A stretch of DNA of 63,609 nt, filler included, from Candidatus Nanoarchaeia archaeon (GTDB lineage Archaea; Nanobdellota; Nanobdellia; Woesearchaeales; DATDTY01): the NCBI GenBank assembly GCA_035290625.1. It is 5 parts of 5 records of this genome, joined end to end, with 100 filler letters (N's around TTAATTAATTAA, not from the genome) between each part and the next. Parts side by side here need not be neighbours in the genome. Positions count along the whole stretch, not along the records: positions 30,836 to 51,316 come from DATDTY010000033.1; 4 more parts are not named here. One strand, written 5' to 3'. Below are positions 37,867 through 47,961 of the stretch, piece by piece. The notes below the pieces were generated by a model, which saw only the letters and a program-made list of their open reading frames with translations, did not search any database and was not told where the DNA came from. A program made the translations under genes and the position numbers. Within the stretch, counting starts at the first letter, position 1; every line of letters begins with the position of its first letter.

Positions 37867-38411
37867 TCTTGCCTCCTGGTCCCCTTGTTTACTATCCAGA
37901 TTCCATCCTGAAAGATGCGCCGGTCCCTGTTGGTGATCCTGCAGAGCTGCTCGATGGATGCTGCTGTCTGTCCTGCCACTTCTTTGTCAGCTGATTCAAC
38001 CACGATTTCAAATCCGTCCACCCGAACACTTGCAGCTTCAGGTATCTTTATGATGCGGGGAATCTTCTCACCGTAAAAATTCTTGACTGTCAGATCTGTC
38101 CTGCTTGAGGTTACATTCATCGGGAAGTGCCCTGAACAGATCCTCAGCGTGTACCTGTACTTTTCTCTCACTCCAGCCATCATGTTCTTTATATGAGCCT
38201 GCAGCGTACCAGCCACCTTCCTTTCACGCCTGCTATTCCTTGCGGCTGCAATCACCACTACCTTGCCCTTCACCTCAATCTTCATTCCAGGATTAATCCT
38301 TCTTCGTTCCACCTGACCCTGCGCGCCCTTCACTACAATCTTCTCCGGAGTTGCCTCTACCTGAACCCCTTCCGGTATCGGAATCTCCATCACAAGCTGG
38401 TCAGTAGACAT
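37863..38411 (-). CDS. rpl6: Ribosomal protein uL6
   Basis: HFPMNV, DRRIFQDGIWI. Confidence 0.95.
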   Translation of the reverse strand: MSTDQLVMEIPIPEGVQVEATPEKIVVKGAQGQVERRRINPGMKIEVKGKVVVIAAARNSRRERKVAGTLQAHIKNMMAGVREKYRYTLRICSGHFPMNVTSSRTDLTVKNFYGEKIPRIIKIPEAASVRVDGFEIVVESADKEVAGQTAASIEQLCRITNRDRRIFQDGIWIVNKGTRRQE

Positions 38412-38793
38412 ATGCTATCAGCCTTCCTCCTATCCGCTTCTTCTTTGCATCCTCATGCGCCATAATGCCCTGGGATGTTGAAACAACCAGCATACCAAAC
38501 TCCCTTGCAGGGAGGTATCTCTTCTCAAACTTCTCAAACTGCCCTTTCTTTACCGAGTGCCTCGGCTTGATTGCATTGCACCCATTAATCCTCCCTATCA
38601 GATCTACCTTGAGGAAGTTGCCCTTCCCGTCCTGATGCTCAGTTATCCCGCCAATATACATCCTCTCATTCATAATCCTGAGCACTTCCTTGAGCGTCTT
38701 TGAGAACGGCTTCACCACGCAGTCGCGCTTGGTAGCCTTTTCAGCATTCATAATCTTAGACAATGCGTTTGAGACTGGGTCGTTGAGTACCAT
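38401..38793 (-). CDS. rps8: Ribosomal protein uS8
   Basis: DPVSNALSKI, VSTSQGIM, GGRLIAYVY. Confidence 0.95.
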   Translation of the reverse strand: MVLNDPVSNALSKIMNAEKATKRDCVVKPFSKTLKEVLRIMNERMYIGGITEHQDGKGNFLKVDLIGRINGCNAIKPRHSVKKGQFEKFEKRYLPAREFGMLVVSTSQGIMAHEDAKKKRIGGRLIAYVY

Positions 38794-38801
38794 GGTTCAC
38801 C

Positions 38802-39032
38802 TTAATCATATTTCTTAAATCCTATCTTCTCAGCAGTATCCCTGAAACACTGGCGGCAGAGATGAATATCATACTTCTGTACATGAGCCTGTATCCTGCC
38901 GCACCTCCGGCAGGGGCGGAGCGCAATGCCGCATGTCCTCTTTTTAGGGGAGTTATGCTTCAGATACTTCCTCATCTTTACAGGCTTTGCACGGAGCTGC
39001 CTGAACATCTTTTGGTATGATGATGCTGTCAT
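38802..39032 (-). CDS. rps14: Ribosomal protein uS14 (Zn-binding, N-terminally extended)
   Basis: CRRCG...LCRQCFR...GFKKY. Confidence 0.93.
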   Translation of the reverse strand: MTASSYQKMFRQLRAKPVKMRKYLKHNSPKKRTCGIALRPCRRCGRIQAHVQKYDIHLCRQCFRDTAEKIGFKKYD

Positions 39033-39544
39033 TCTTCTTCCTCTTTCAATTTCAGGCTGAACTCTTTTTTCATGAACTCGATCGCATCTTCCTGTGTTAT
39101 CTGATGCCTCTTGCCGACCCTGCTTCCGTTTTTCCGCCGCTTAACACGAAATCCTGGGCGCTCGAGTGTCACTGCAACTTCCAGCCCCATGACTCCCACC
39201 TTTGGATCATATTTCGCATCGGCAATATCTATATATTCAGGAATTCCGAATGAAACATTTCCGCTGCTGTCAAACTGGCGCCGCAGCAATGTGTTCTCCT
39301 TGCTCGCCATGAGCCTCTTCAGCAGCTCGGCTGCAGCGCCTTTTCGCAGCGTGATCTTGCACCCAATGGGAAGCCCTGGCCGAAGGCCCCATTCCGGAAT
39401 CCTTCTTTTTGTCTTTGTCTTTACAGGGTCTATCCCTGTAATATTCTTGAGCAGCCGAATTCCTTTTTCCAGTTGTGCCTGGTCTTTCCCAGCGCCGACA
39501 TTCAGCGTGACCTTCTCGAGCCGTATCTGCCTCATAGGATTCAT
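39029..39544 (-). CDS. rpl5: Ribosomal protein uL5
   Basis: [26 protein letters not shown]. Confidence 0.96.
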   Translation of the reverse strand: MNPMRQIRLEKVTLNVGAGKDQAQLEKGIRLLKNITGIDPVKTKTKRRIPEWGLRPGLPIGCKITLRKGAAAELLKRLMASKENTLLRRQFDSSGNVSFGIPEYIDIADAKYDPKVGVMGLEVAVTLERPGFRVKRRKNGSRVGKRHQITQEDAIEFMKKEFSLKLKEEEE

Positions 39545-40251
39545 TCTTCAGACTCCGTGACAATCGCAACCGGATGCTCCCTCCCGCACACCAGGCTGTA
39601 TTTCTTCAATGTCTCACCAGTCTCTCCTTTCCCGGTCCTGATGATTATCCTCTTGCCCCTGATTGACTGGACTGCAGCAAGGCTGCCTTTATACTTCCCG
39701 CCCTGAAGAAGCACGGTCATCCCTTTCTCAAGAGGAATAAACTCCATAATCTCCTGCGTTGGAAGCTTCAACACAACAGAGCCTCCTGTCTTGTATTGCT
39801 CCGGGGCCTGCTTTGCGATAAAATTCCTTCCGTTACTGAGATTTACCTGTATGCTGCCGCCCCGCACATTTGTTTTATTTAGCACCTTTGCAATCATGAT
39901 CGTTGCCTCTTTTTCTGGGATCTCCCTGGCAGCAATCTTACCTTTTCTGTTCATAACGATCCGATAGTATCTCCCGAGCTTCGGGATTGAGACGACGTCC
40001 AACAGGCCGACCAGATCCTTCTTATCCTGCAGGCGCTTTCCATTGCACAATATTTCGTTATGCAGCAGGATCTTCCTCGCCTCTGCGCCAGTTCCAGCTT
40101 CATGGATAACCTCCTTGAGAAACGTGGCTATGGCCAAACCGTGCTCCATCTTGTGGGATCCCGGATAGGGCCGAAGCGTGAACACCTCTTCCTTCCTCCT
40201 TATCGGCCATGACACCGGCATGGCAATCCTCTTTAAGTGACGCTTCGCCAT
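39541..40251 (-). CDS. rps4e: Ribosomal protein eS4
   Basis: HLKRIAMPVSWPI, VGLLDVV. Confidence 0.95.
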   Translation of the reverse strand: MAKRHLKRIAMPVSWPIRRKEEVFTLRPYPGSHKMEHGLAIATFLKEVIHEAGTGAEARKILLHNEILCNGKRLQDKKDLVGLLDVVSIPKLGRYYRIVMNRKGKIAAREIPEKEATIMIAKVLNKTNVRGGSIQVNLSNGRNFIAKQAPEQYKTGGSVVLKLPTQEIMEFIPLEKGMTVLLQGGKYKGSLAAVQSIRGKRIIIRTGKGETGETLKKYSLVCGREHPVAIVTESEE

Positions 40252-40252
40252 C

Positions 40253-40633
40253 TTATTTCCTCTTCAGGCCTTTTAGCCTGGCTTTGTCTTGACTGCTCAA
40301 TTCCATGATCATGACATTTGACGAATGAATCCTGACAAAGGCTTTGGCGCCATCTCTCCTGTTCCTTTCGATCCCATCGATATAGACTCCCTGCCTTTTC
40401 CGGTCAACAAGGTTAACCTTTCCGATCTTTCCAGCAAATTCGCCCCTCATAACCTTTACCTTGTCGCTTTTCCTTACCCCCATTGATCTCTTCCCGAATT
40501 TTTTCCTCAGCTCCTCGGACATGGCCGCGCGGATCAGCCTCTGCTGTATGTGCAATGGTGCATTTTTCAAATACTTTCTCTGCTTTCTCGGCTGTTTGCT
40601 CGCCTTCCAGCATCCTGAAAATTTTGATCTCAT
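40253..40633 (-). CDS. rpl24: Ribosomal protein uL24
   Basis: SKQPRKQRK, VKVMRGEFAG. Confidence 0.95.
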   Translation of the reverse strand: MRSKFSGCWKASKQPRKQRKYLKNAPLHIQQRLIRAAMSEELRKKFGKRSMGVRKSDKVKVMRGEFAGKIGKVNLVDRKRQGVYIDGIERNRRDGAKAFVRIHSSNVMIMELSSQDKARLKGLKRK

Positions 40634-40688
40634 CTTCTCAGTTCCATCCTTTTTGATATGCGATATGCGGCGTTCATCGTATACATCC

Positions 40689-41090
40689 TTACACTATGTT
40701 GCCAGCTAACTTTGCGATTCCGGGCCACCGCTCAGTCACTTCCTTTGCGATGGCTCCTTTGAGCATCGTCCCTTTTGGATTTCCCTTATCGTCCTTGAGG
40801 ACAACGACTGCATTATCTGCGAACTTAATCCGCATCCCATCTCTTCTCCGGTACTCTTTTCTCTGGCGCACAATCACCGCAAACATCACCTGCTTTCTCA
40901 TGTCCGGCTTGCCTTTCTTTATCGAGACAGTCACCATGTCGCCAACGCCGCCGGTCGGAACGCGTCCTTTTGAGGTCTTCTTCCTCTTAAATGATGTAAT
41001 CTTCACAAGCTTTGCACCTGAATTATCGCATGTGCTCACGAGTGAACCCACCAAGAGCCCATTTGTTATCGTTGATTTCACTGCCAGCAT
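40689..41090 (-). CDS. rpl14: Ribosomal protein uL14
   Basis: CDNSGAK, AVIVRQRK, FADNAVV. Confidence 0.96.
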   Translation of the reverse strand: MLAVKSTITNGLLVGSLVSTCDNSGAKLVKITSFKRKKTSKGRVPTGGVGDMVTVSIKKGKPDMRKQVMFAVIVRQRKEYRRRDGMRIKFADNAVVVLKDDKGNPKGTMLKGAIAKEVTERWPGIAKLAGNIV

Positions 41091-41092
41091 GC

Positions 41093-41503
41093 TTATTCAT
41101 CCCTCGTATCCTTATTTGCTGTATCTTCTGCAGTATTCACGGCGGCTTCCGGCCCATCTTCTCTCCGTGTCAGGGATTCTTTTCTTCTTTCCAGCTTTTC
41201 CTGGAACAGCTCGTCTTTTCCTGCCTTCCTGATGATCACCGTCTTCTTTGATTTGCTCAACGGCCTGCATTCAGAGACTACCACATGATCCCCTATCTCA
41301 GCATTCATGCATGCGGGGTTGTGAGTTCTCAGCCGCGTGAATCCACGGAGATACCTCTCATATTTCTGGTTAAAGATCATTCTCTGAAATTCGATCGTCG
41401 CTGAGCGATGGAGATCCTTCGCAATGACCACTCCTTCGAATGTCCTTCCCCTTGTGCTTACCTTCCCATGCACCGGGCATTTCCTGTCTTCACATGTTTT
41501 CAT
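41093..41503 (-). CDS. rps17: Ribosomal protein uS17
   Basis: CEDRKCPVHG, ECRPLSKSK; ATG 41503 preferred. Confidence 0.94.
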   Translation of the reverse strand: MKTCEDRKCPVHGKVSTRGRTFEGVVIAKDLHRSATIEFQRMIFNQKYERYLRGFTRLRTHNPACMNAEIGDHVVVSECRPLSKSKKTVIIRKAGKDELFQEKLERRKESLTRREDGPEAAVNTAEDTANKDTRDE

Positions 41504-41567
41504 TCTGCCTGTTCCTCTTGTATGGCTGCTCCTATCACTTTGGTCACGCTCTATCCTCTCGCGAGCA

Positions 41568-41876
41568 TTATTTGACAAGTATCGTTTCTGGCGCAAAGCC
41601 CAATGCTATCAGGGCACCCTTTGCCCTTGCTTTGTGGTTGCCCTGGAGTTCGATGTTGCCTTCCTTCGCAGTCCCTCCACACGCAAACTTCATCTTGAGC
41701 TTTTTTGCTATGTCTTTGAGCCCTATCTCCTTCTCATCAATGCCGGAAATGATTGTGTATTCCTTTCCGAACTTTTTCTTGACAAGGGAAACGATTATCT
41801 TTTGACCTTCTTTTGCGATTGTCTCGCACATGCAGAGTTCCTTTGGAAGTCCGCATTTCGGGCATATCTCACTCAT
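41568..41876 (-). CDS. sui1: Translation initiation factor SUI1/aIF1
   Basis: CPKCGLPKELCMCE, KFACGGT, IELQGNH. Confidence 0.95.
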   Translation of the reverse strand: MSEICPKCGLPKELCMCETIAKEGQKIIVSLVKKKFGKEYTIISGIDEKEIGLKDIAKKLKMKFACGGTAKEGNIELQGNHKARAKGALIALGFAPETILVK

Positions 41877-42079
41877 CCTTGTTTCGCCACCTCCATTTCT
41901 TTAAGGATCGTCATCATCTTTGCTATCGCCCTTCGGGCAGTCCTGATGCCTTTTGTATTCTTCGCAGACGCCCCTGTTCGTGCGCCGGAGCGGAGCCTCA
42001 TCAACTCAGAGCAGAGCTCGGCCACCCTTCCTTCGAGCTCTTTCTTACTGCTTTGCCTGATCTCTTTGATCTTTACCAT
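41873..42079 (-). CDS. rpl29: Ribosomal protein uL29
   Basis: KEIR...ELMRLR...RRAIAKMMT; between rps3 and sui1. Confidence 0.9.
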   Translation of the reverse strand: MVKIKEIRQSSKKELEGRVAELCSELMRLRSGARTGASAKNTKGIRTARRAIAKMMTILKEMEVAKQG

Positions 42080-42728
42080 CGCCTGATTTCTCTGCAACCT
42101 TCTCCACTGGCGCTTCTCCTGCCTTCTCAGCCTTCGCACGGAGCTTGATGTTGTCCGGGAGTTGCGCGTCTCCCCTCATCACCCGTACTTGGATCCCTAC
42201 AGTCCCGGTCTTCAGCTGCACTGCTGCGTAGGCTTTTGCGACCTGGGTCTTCGCCACATCACCGCTCTTTTTTAGGTATCCCTGGTAAAATCTCCATCTC
42301 TTCGCACGCGCGCTTGGTATCTTTCCTGACATGATAATCTCGATACCGAGGGCGTTCGCCTGCATCGCGCTGCTCATAGCCTTGTGGCCAACAGCTTTGA
42401 ACTTCGATATCCCATACCTCTCGATCGAATTCGCGATTGTGTCTGCGATGATTTGAGGATCAGTCCATACATCTTTCACTTCGCTTATCTCAATCTGCGG
42501 GTTCTCAAGATTGAATCTCGTCTTTAGCGTTCGGGTCAATTTTTTGATGCTTTGCCCCTTTCTCCCGACGATGATGCCGGGGCGGGAGGCATAGACAACA
42601 ATCTTTTCACCGAGCGGGGTCTTCTGCATCTTCACCTGGCTCAGCCCCGCCCTCTTCAACGTCCCTATCACATACTCCTGAATCTGGAATTCCTTGATAT
42701 TTTCTGAAACAAACTGGCGCTCGATCAT
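42045..42728 (-). CDS. rps3: Ribosomal protein uS3
   Basis: RPGIIVGRKG KH domain, SGKIPSARA. Confidence 0.96.
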   Translation of the reverse strand: MIERQFVSENIKEFQIQEYVIGTLKRAGLSQVKMQKTPLGEKIVVYASRPGIIVGRKGQSIKKLTRTLKTRFNLENPQIEISEVKDVWTDPQIIADTIANSIERYGISKFKAVGHKAMSSAMQANALGIEIIMSGKIPSARAKRWRFYQGYLKKSGDVAKTQVAKAYAAVQLKTGTVGIQVRVMRGDAQLPDNIKLRAKAEKAGEAPVEKVAEKSGDGKDQRDQAKQ

Positions 42729-43207
42729 TTTTTCTGTTCCGCCTTGACGGCCTGCTCCTGCTGGAGCTCTGCGCCAGCATCCTGGCCAATAACAATCTCG
42801 ATATGGCTTCGCTTTGCCCGCCTTCTCCGCTGCCTGCCGAACCTGAACGGGCGTGAGGCCTTATTCACGCAGATATGCCTCACTGCAAGCTTGCTTGCGT
42901 CGAGCCCTTTGAATTGCGCGTTTGCCTCAGCCATGCCCAGCAGCTCCAGGAAGAATCCTGCGGCCTTCTTTGGAAACCTTCCTGGCCCGATGCCAGGCTT
43001 ATGGCCTATCCCTTTGTTGAACCGTGTAATCCTGACAGGAGTTTTTCCAGCTATGACCCTGGCCAGGAGATCTCTGGACCTTGGCACAGTCTTATGCCGG
43101 ATACTCCTTGAAACCTCTATCCCCTGCTTTGCGGAGATTGGAGCATCACGTATCTGGGCCCTGGCCATCGTTTCCTTATCCCACTGCTGAAAAGCGTACT
43201 TTCTCAT
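42725..43207 (-). CDS. rpl22: Ribosomal protein uL22
   Basis: ISAKQGIEV, GRFPKKAA, HIEIV. Confidence 0.95.
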   Translation of the reverse strand: MRKYAFQQWDKETMARAQIRDAPISAKQGIEVSRSIRHKTVPRSRDLLARVIAGKTPVRITRFNKGIGHKPGIGPGRFPKKAAGFFLELLGMAEANAQFKGLDASKLAVRHICVNKASRPFRFGRQRRRRAKRSHIEIVIGQDAGAELQQEQAVKAEQKK

Positions 43208-43209
43208 TT

Positions 43210-43593
43210 CTACTTCACACTCAAGTTTGCGCTTGAACGGGTTGCGCCTACTCCTGGAGCATTGTGCTGGACCCTTTTCCGTGTCAGGCTAAACTCGCCG
43301 AGCCTATGGCCCAGGAACTCATTCTCAATGCGAACATTCTCGAATGCCCTGCCGTTATACACCCGTATCTGCAGCCCCACCATGTTCGGCAGGATGACCA
43401 TATCCCTGCAGTGGGTTTCAATGTTTTTCTTCTTCATCTGTATATTCTTCAGGAGGATCTTCTCCTGTTCGGTAAAGCCACGCTTGACCTTTCTGCGCTG
43501 GACTGAGGGAAGGAGTTCTGCAAAGGAGCTGAAATCCATCGCCTTCATCTCTTCCAGCGAATGGCCCCTGTATGCAAACTGTTTTTTTACCAT
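43210..43593 (-). CDS. rps19: Ribosomal protein uS19
   Basis: THCRDMVILP, GHRLGEF, GATRSS. Confidence 0.96.
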   Translation of the reverse strand: MVKKQFAYRGHSLEEMKAMDFSSFAELLPSVQRRKVKRGFTEQEKILLKNIQMKKKNIETHCRDMVILPNMVGLQIRVYNGRAFENVRIENEFLGHRLGEFSLTRKRVQHNAPGVGATRSSANLSVK

Positions 43594-43601
43594 TGCGTTG
43601 T

Positions 43602-44315
43602 TTACCCTCTCCTGCGGCCTGTCCTCCTCGGCGCGATCTTCCCGACCTTCCTTCCTGGGGGCGCATTACGATCCGACTGCGTCGGCCTTCCCTTATGGTG
43701 GGAGCTTGACCCTCCAAAAGGATGATCAACAGCATTCATGGAAACTCCGCTCACTTTTGGATACAATTTGCCGCGGGCGTGCATCCTATGATATTTATTT
43801 CCTGCTTTGTAAAACGGCTTCTCGAGCCTGCCTCCTCCGGCCACCACTCCTACCGCTGCCCTGCACTTCCCCAAAAAATCATGGGTCTTCTTTGATGGAA
43901 GCATGACAACAACCTTTCCATCCTTCTTTGCAAGGATTCTGCCAAAGGTTCCTGAGCTGCGCACAAATTTCCCTCCGTCTCCGGGCTGCACCTCTATGTT
44001 ATGGATGAGGGTTCCTTCGGGCATGTCCTTCAGCTCCATGATATTCCCTTCTTTGACCTCTGCATTGGGGCCTATACTTACGCTCTCCCCTTCCCGAAGT
44101 GACTCTGAAGCGATGAGCAGCGACTCTTTTCCCTGAATGCTTACCTTAGCAAGAGGAGCTGAATGCCCGGGATCCTTTATGATCTCAACAATCAGGCCTT
44201 TTTGCCCGAGAGGCAGCTGGCTTGGGAACTTTGCGGCTCCATAGAACCGATGCCCGGGAGACCTGTATCTGGGGGATCCCCTTCCACGTGCCTGTTGAAT
44301 AAGATTCTTTCCCAT
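43602..44315 (-). CDS. rpl2: Ribosomal protein uL2
   Basis: MGKNLIQQARGRG, MNAVDHPFGG. Confidence 0.97.
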   Translation of the reverse strand: MGKNLIQQARGRGSPRYRSPGHRFYGAAKFPSQLPLGQKGLIVEIIKDPGHSAPLAKVSIQGKESLLIASESLREGESVSIGPNAEVKEGNIMELKDMPEGTLIHNIEVQPGDGGKFVRSSGTFGRILAKKDGKVVVMLPSKKTHDFLGKCRAAVGVVAGGGRLEKPFYKAGNKYHRMHARGKLYPKVSGVSMNAVDHPFGGSSSHHKGRPTQSDRNAPPGRKVGKIAPRRTGRRRG

Positions 44316-44316
44316 A

Positions 44317-44589
44317 CTACATCATCCCCAGTTTTGTTGCAATATCAATAGCAGGCGTCTCTTTGCTGAACCTGATAAATGCGCGCTTTTCACCTTCCGG
44401 GCTTATCATCGTCCGTACGCTTGCAACCTTAACTTTAAACATCTCCTCAGTAGCATCCCTGATGCCTTTTTTGTCAGCTTTCTTATCAACTACAAATATG
44501 AGGGTGTTCTCTGATTCCATCAGCCGTATTGACTTCTCTGTCGATAAGGGGAACTTGAGGATCTTCCGCGTTGCTTCTTTTTGGCTCAT
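44317..44589 (-). CDS. rpl23: Ribosomal protein uL23
   Basis: PLSTEKS, NTLIFVV, IATKLG. Confidence 0.95.
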   Translation of the reverse strand: MSQKEATRKILKFPLSTEKSIRLMESENTLIFVVDKKADKKGIRDATEEMFKVKVASVRTMISPEGEKRAFIRFSKETPAIDIATKLGMM

Positions 44590-45398
44590 TTTTCCATGTA
44601 GAGTTTTTCTTTCTGCATCTTTTCAATAGCGGCTTCTGTGAAAATGGTAAGCCTGCCGGGATCTCCGCCAGGGGCGAGGAGCCTGCAATTGAGGCTTGAG
44701 GCCAATGTGGCTTCCACCCCTCTGATGTTCGCAACTGCCCTGAGCAGGGGGCAATCTCCTGAAACCACGATGAGGGGGCCTTTCTTTATCCTGTACTTCC
44801 TCCCTCTCGTCTTTCCTTTTCCTGCCCGGATTTTTGCGGATCTGGTCCGTGACATCTCTGCTGCGAGACCTGCAGCCTCCAGCATACTTATAACCTCTTT
44901 TGTTTTTCCGAGCTGCTCTGCTTTTGCTTCAAACGCAAATGGATACTCCGCAGGAACCTCATGCCCCCGGGAAGCGACTGCGGCCGAATTCATGGCAGAG
45001 GCAAGCGCGCTTCTAATCGCCTTTTTCCGCTCTTTCTTGTTCAGCTTATGGGTCCATTTCTTCTCAGCTTTAGGAGGATGCGCGCGCCTCCCGCCCACCA
45101 TGCCTGGAGCGAATGCGCCTACCCAATTGAACCGCGTACCGCGCCGGCTCATGATCTTCCTCGGCACTCTTGATATCCCAAGGCCATACGATCCTTTGTA
45201 TTTTCTTCTCCTTCTTGATATCTTGGCAGATGTCCGCATTCCTGCCTCAGGATCAGCGCCATAGGGTTGCCTGTCATGACCCCTGATCACAAGAAACGCC
45301 CTCCTCACCAAATCAGGACGCATTTCCTCGTTAAACTGCTGCGGGAGATTTGTTTCTCCAACCTTCTTTCCCTGAGCGTCTTTTATTCCTATTTTCAT
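44586..45398 (-). CDS. rpl4: Ribosomal protein uL4
   Basis: RPDLVRRA, GGRRAHPP, LAPGGDPGRL. Confidence 0.96.
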   Translation of the reverse strand: MKIGIKDAQGKKVGETNLPQQFNEEMRPDLVRRAFLVIRGHDRQPYGADPEAGMRTSAKISRRRRKYKGSYGLGISRVPRKIMSRRGTRFNWVGAFAPGMVGGRRAHPPKAEKKWTHKLNKKERKKAIRSALASAMNSAAVASRGHEVPAEYPFAFEAKAEQLGKTKEVISMLEAAGLAAEMSRTRSAKIRAGKGKTRGRKYRIKKGPLIVVSGDCPLLRAVANIRGVEATLASSLNCRLLAPGGDPGRLTIFTEAAIEKMQKEKLYMEK

Positions 45399-45441
45399 GT
45401 GCTGTTTTCCAATCGTGCTCACTGCGGCTTCTCTTTGGTGA

Positions 45442-46374
45442 TCACTGCACCGACAGTATCGACGGAGCCTTTGCTTCGGTTTTTCTCAGGCTTCGCGAAA
45501 GCCGAATCAGCCTCTTTGCAGGCCCGAGCACAGACCCCTTTACCAGCAGATAGCTGTTCTTCATTATGCCGTAATGCTCAAATCCACCCTTCCTGTTTAT
45601 CTCCTCAGGTTTTGAGGATAGCTTTAGGACCCACTTATTCGCTTCGGTTCTTGTGTGGTATCCCATCTGGCCGGCATGTGCAACCCTGTACATCATGTGC
45701 TGCTGGGCCTTCCAGGCCCCTAAGCTCCCCGGACCGCGGATAGTCTTCTCTGATTTATGGCTTCTCTTGCTGACCCCGAATCTCTTAACAGGCCCCTGCA
45801 CCCCTTTGCCTTTGGTCACTCCATGAATATCCACAAACATCCCTTCATGAAGCACATCCTCGACCTTCATCTCCTTCCCAAGATGCTCTTTTGCAAACTT
45901 GAGCTGATCTTCTTTTGACCCGCCAACTGCAATCTCGAAGATTTCGGGCTTCTTCTTCCCGATTCCTGTTTGCCTGGGCTGCGTATACACCAACAAGCGG
46001 ACATAATCAAAATCCCTTATTTCCTTTTCTGAAGGCTCCTTTTTGCTGAGACTTATCTTCCTTCCAAGGGCGTCTTTTTCAGGCACCTTTGCATTGAGCT
46101 GGGCTATTACCCTCCGGTTTCCAGAGATCTCCTTGTAGATCCTTACTCCTAGAACTTTGATCGGAGGGCATTCGATTATTGTAACTGGGATAGCTGCTTT
46201 CTCTTTTGATTCCAGCGCCATCACATGCGTCATACCAACTTTATAGCCCGCAAACCCCAGAGGCTTTGCCTCCTTAACAGCCCTCCAACTCCTAATCTTT
46301 GCATATTCCCTCCTGGCCCTCTTTCTTGGCCAGAATTGCATTGACCCTGATCGCGGTTTGTGTACTCTCGGCAT
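45442..46374 (-). CDS. rpl3: Ribosomal protein uL3
   Basis: PRSGSMQFWPRKRA, GYKVGMTH, GQMGYHTRTE. Confidence 0.97.
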   Translation of the reverse strand: MPRVHKPRSGSMQFWPRKRARREYAKIRSWRAVKEAKPLGFAGYKVGMTHVMALESKEKAAIPVTIIECPPIKVLGVRIYKEISGNRRVIAQLNAKVPEKDALGRKISLSKKEPSEKEIRDFDYVRLLVYTQPRQTGIGKKKPEIFEIAVGGSKEDQLKFAKEHLGKEMKVEDVLHEGMFVDIHGVTKGKGVQGPVKRFGVSKRSHKSEKTIRGPGSLGAWKAQQHMMYRVAHAGQMGYHTRTEANKWVLKLSSKPEEINRKGGFEHYGIMKNSYLLVKGSVLGPAKRLIRLSRSLRKTEAKAPSILSVQ

Positions 46375-46548
46375 TGCTGATCGGCGCTAAACAACCTTTT
46401 GACGGCATCTTTTGTAAGAAACAGTTATCATAACTGTACTGAAAAAGATGCTTTTTCAGGCTTGTTATGTGGTATTTAAAGTCCTTTAAATACAACCTAT
46501 ATGTGCATTTGATGCACACACGCTTCTCAAGGTAGAACCGGCATCGGT

Positions 46549-47850
46549 TTATAAAGGTTTCTTCTTTCCGGTTCCAGCCTTCCTCATGCTGTACTGCACA
46601 GGGTTTTTTATTTTAGCGCAGAGATTGTCCGGATGGCATACTCCTATCCCCACATAGTACATGTCGTTGCTGCAATTCGGAGGGAGAATGGACTTCTTCC
46701 TCTGCTTGTGGTACCGTATCTGGGCAACAATCGAAGACTCTCTCAACGGCTCCTGATTTGTTTTGTTCCACTCCCTCATCTTTTTTTCAATCTCCTCATG
46801 GCTCCAGCCAACGCTTGTGAGGAAGTTCACTGCTACAAAAAGCGCCCGTTTTCTTCCGTCGCGAATCCCCTGAAATATGCGCTTCATGCAAGGCGGGAAG
46901 AACTGTTCCGGGATTGCAGTCTCACTGGCTTTGAACTCTCTCTGTTCCGGCTCCTCACTTTGCAGCCCCTGGACATAATCAAATGCCTGGATAAACAATT
47001 GTTTGGCCTCATTTTGCCTTGCGCTCCCCGCTTCAAGAAACCCTCCGCTGATCTTCACGTTCTCGGGCTTCGCCTCATCTTTGCTGAACCGGAGAATCCT
47101 GTTGCTGTCTATGGGGATGGATACCAGGCCAGACTTTTCATTGAACGAATACGCGCTCCGGTATAGATGGCGCGATGATATCAGGATGGTGTCGATGCTG
47201 AGCACTGCAAACGGGTCAAGCTTTCCATCTTTCACAAGCTCGCTGAACGGCTTTTCCACGCTCTGCGCTATTTCTTTTATAGGACTGGCCTTCAGCAGGC
47301 AGCCCGCAAGCGGATCCCTGATCATCTCGGCAAGATACACTGCGATATTCTTTGGGCCTTGAGGGAAGAGCTGCGCGGTTTCCTTTCCATGCACAGTCTT
47401 CGGAAATGCTTCGAACGGGATGCCGATATGAAATCCATGGTTTCCAGAGAACTTCACGCTCACACTCTTTATGTTATGCCGCTCAATTGCCCTTACAATA
47501 AGGTCAGCAGCAATCTTTGAGTACTCGAGAATCTTGCAATCGATGTCGATAATAAGGTCCCACCCTTTGCGGAGGGCATTCAGGTCAGCCTTTTGCAAGG
47601 CGGCATCCAGCGCAAGAGGGTTTTTCCATCGCTCCTCGCTGATGTGGAACGAGGATACTCCTGACTTGACAAGCTCAATGATGTCATTCGGGTATTGCAG
47701 GATATCCGGCCGCTTCCCAAAACCACCCTCTCTAAACCGAACTCCAACTTCCCTGCCCTCTGCACTCTTGAGTATCTCCTGCTGAACGCCTCTCTGCTTG
47801 TAGAATCTCAGCAAGGTTCCCTTATCCAGTTTCGGTGCTTCTATGCCCAT
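46549..47850 (-). CDS. Fused DNA primase (PriS catalytic domain plus PriL C-terminal Fe-S domain)
   Basis: WDLIIDID and FSGNHGFH AEP motifs; FPPCM...PPNC...C...C...KNPV. Confidence 0.88.
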   Translation of the reverse strand: MGIEAPKLDKGTLLRFYKQRGVQQEILKSAEGREVGVRFREGGFGKRPDILQYPNDIIELVKSGVSSFHISEERWKNPLALDAALQKADLNALRKGWDLIIDIDCKILEYSKIAADLIVRAIERHNIKSVSVKFSGNHGFHIGIPFEAFPKTVHGKETAQLFPQGPKNIAVYLAEMIRDPLAGCLLKASPIKEIAQSVEKPFSELVKDGKLDPFAVLSIDTILISSRHLYRSAYSFNEKSGLVSIPIDSNRILRFSKDEAKPENVKISGGFLEAGSARQNEAKQLFIQAFDYVQGLQSEEPEQREFKASETAIPEQFFPPCMKRIFQGIRDGRKRALFVAVNFLTSVGWSHEEIEKKMREWNKTNQEPLRESSIVAQIRYHKQRKKSILPPNCSNDMYYVGIGVCHPDNLCAKIKNPVQYSMRKAGTGKKKPL

Positions 47851-47961
47851 TGATGCCCTCCGATTAGCACACTTCGATGAAGCTCAACAGCCTTATATGA
47901 TTTGTGATTTGGAGCTCGCACTTTCACAAGATTTTTAAAGCCTTTTCCCTTCGCTTTATCC

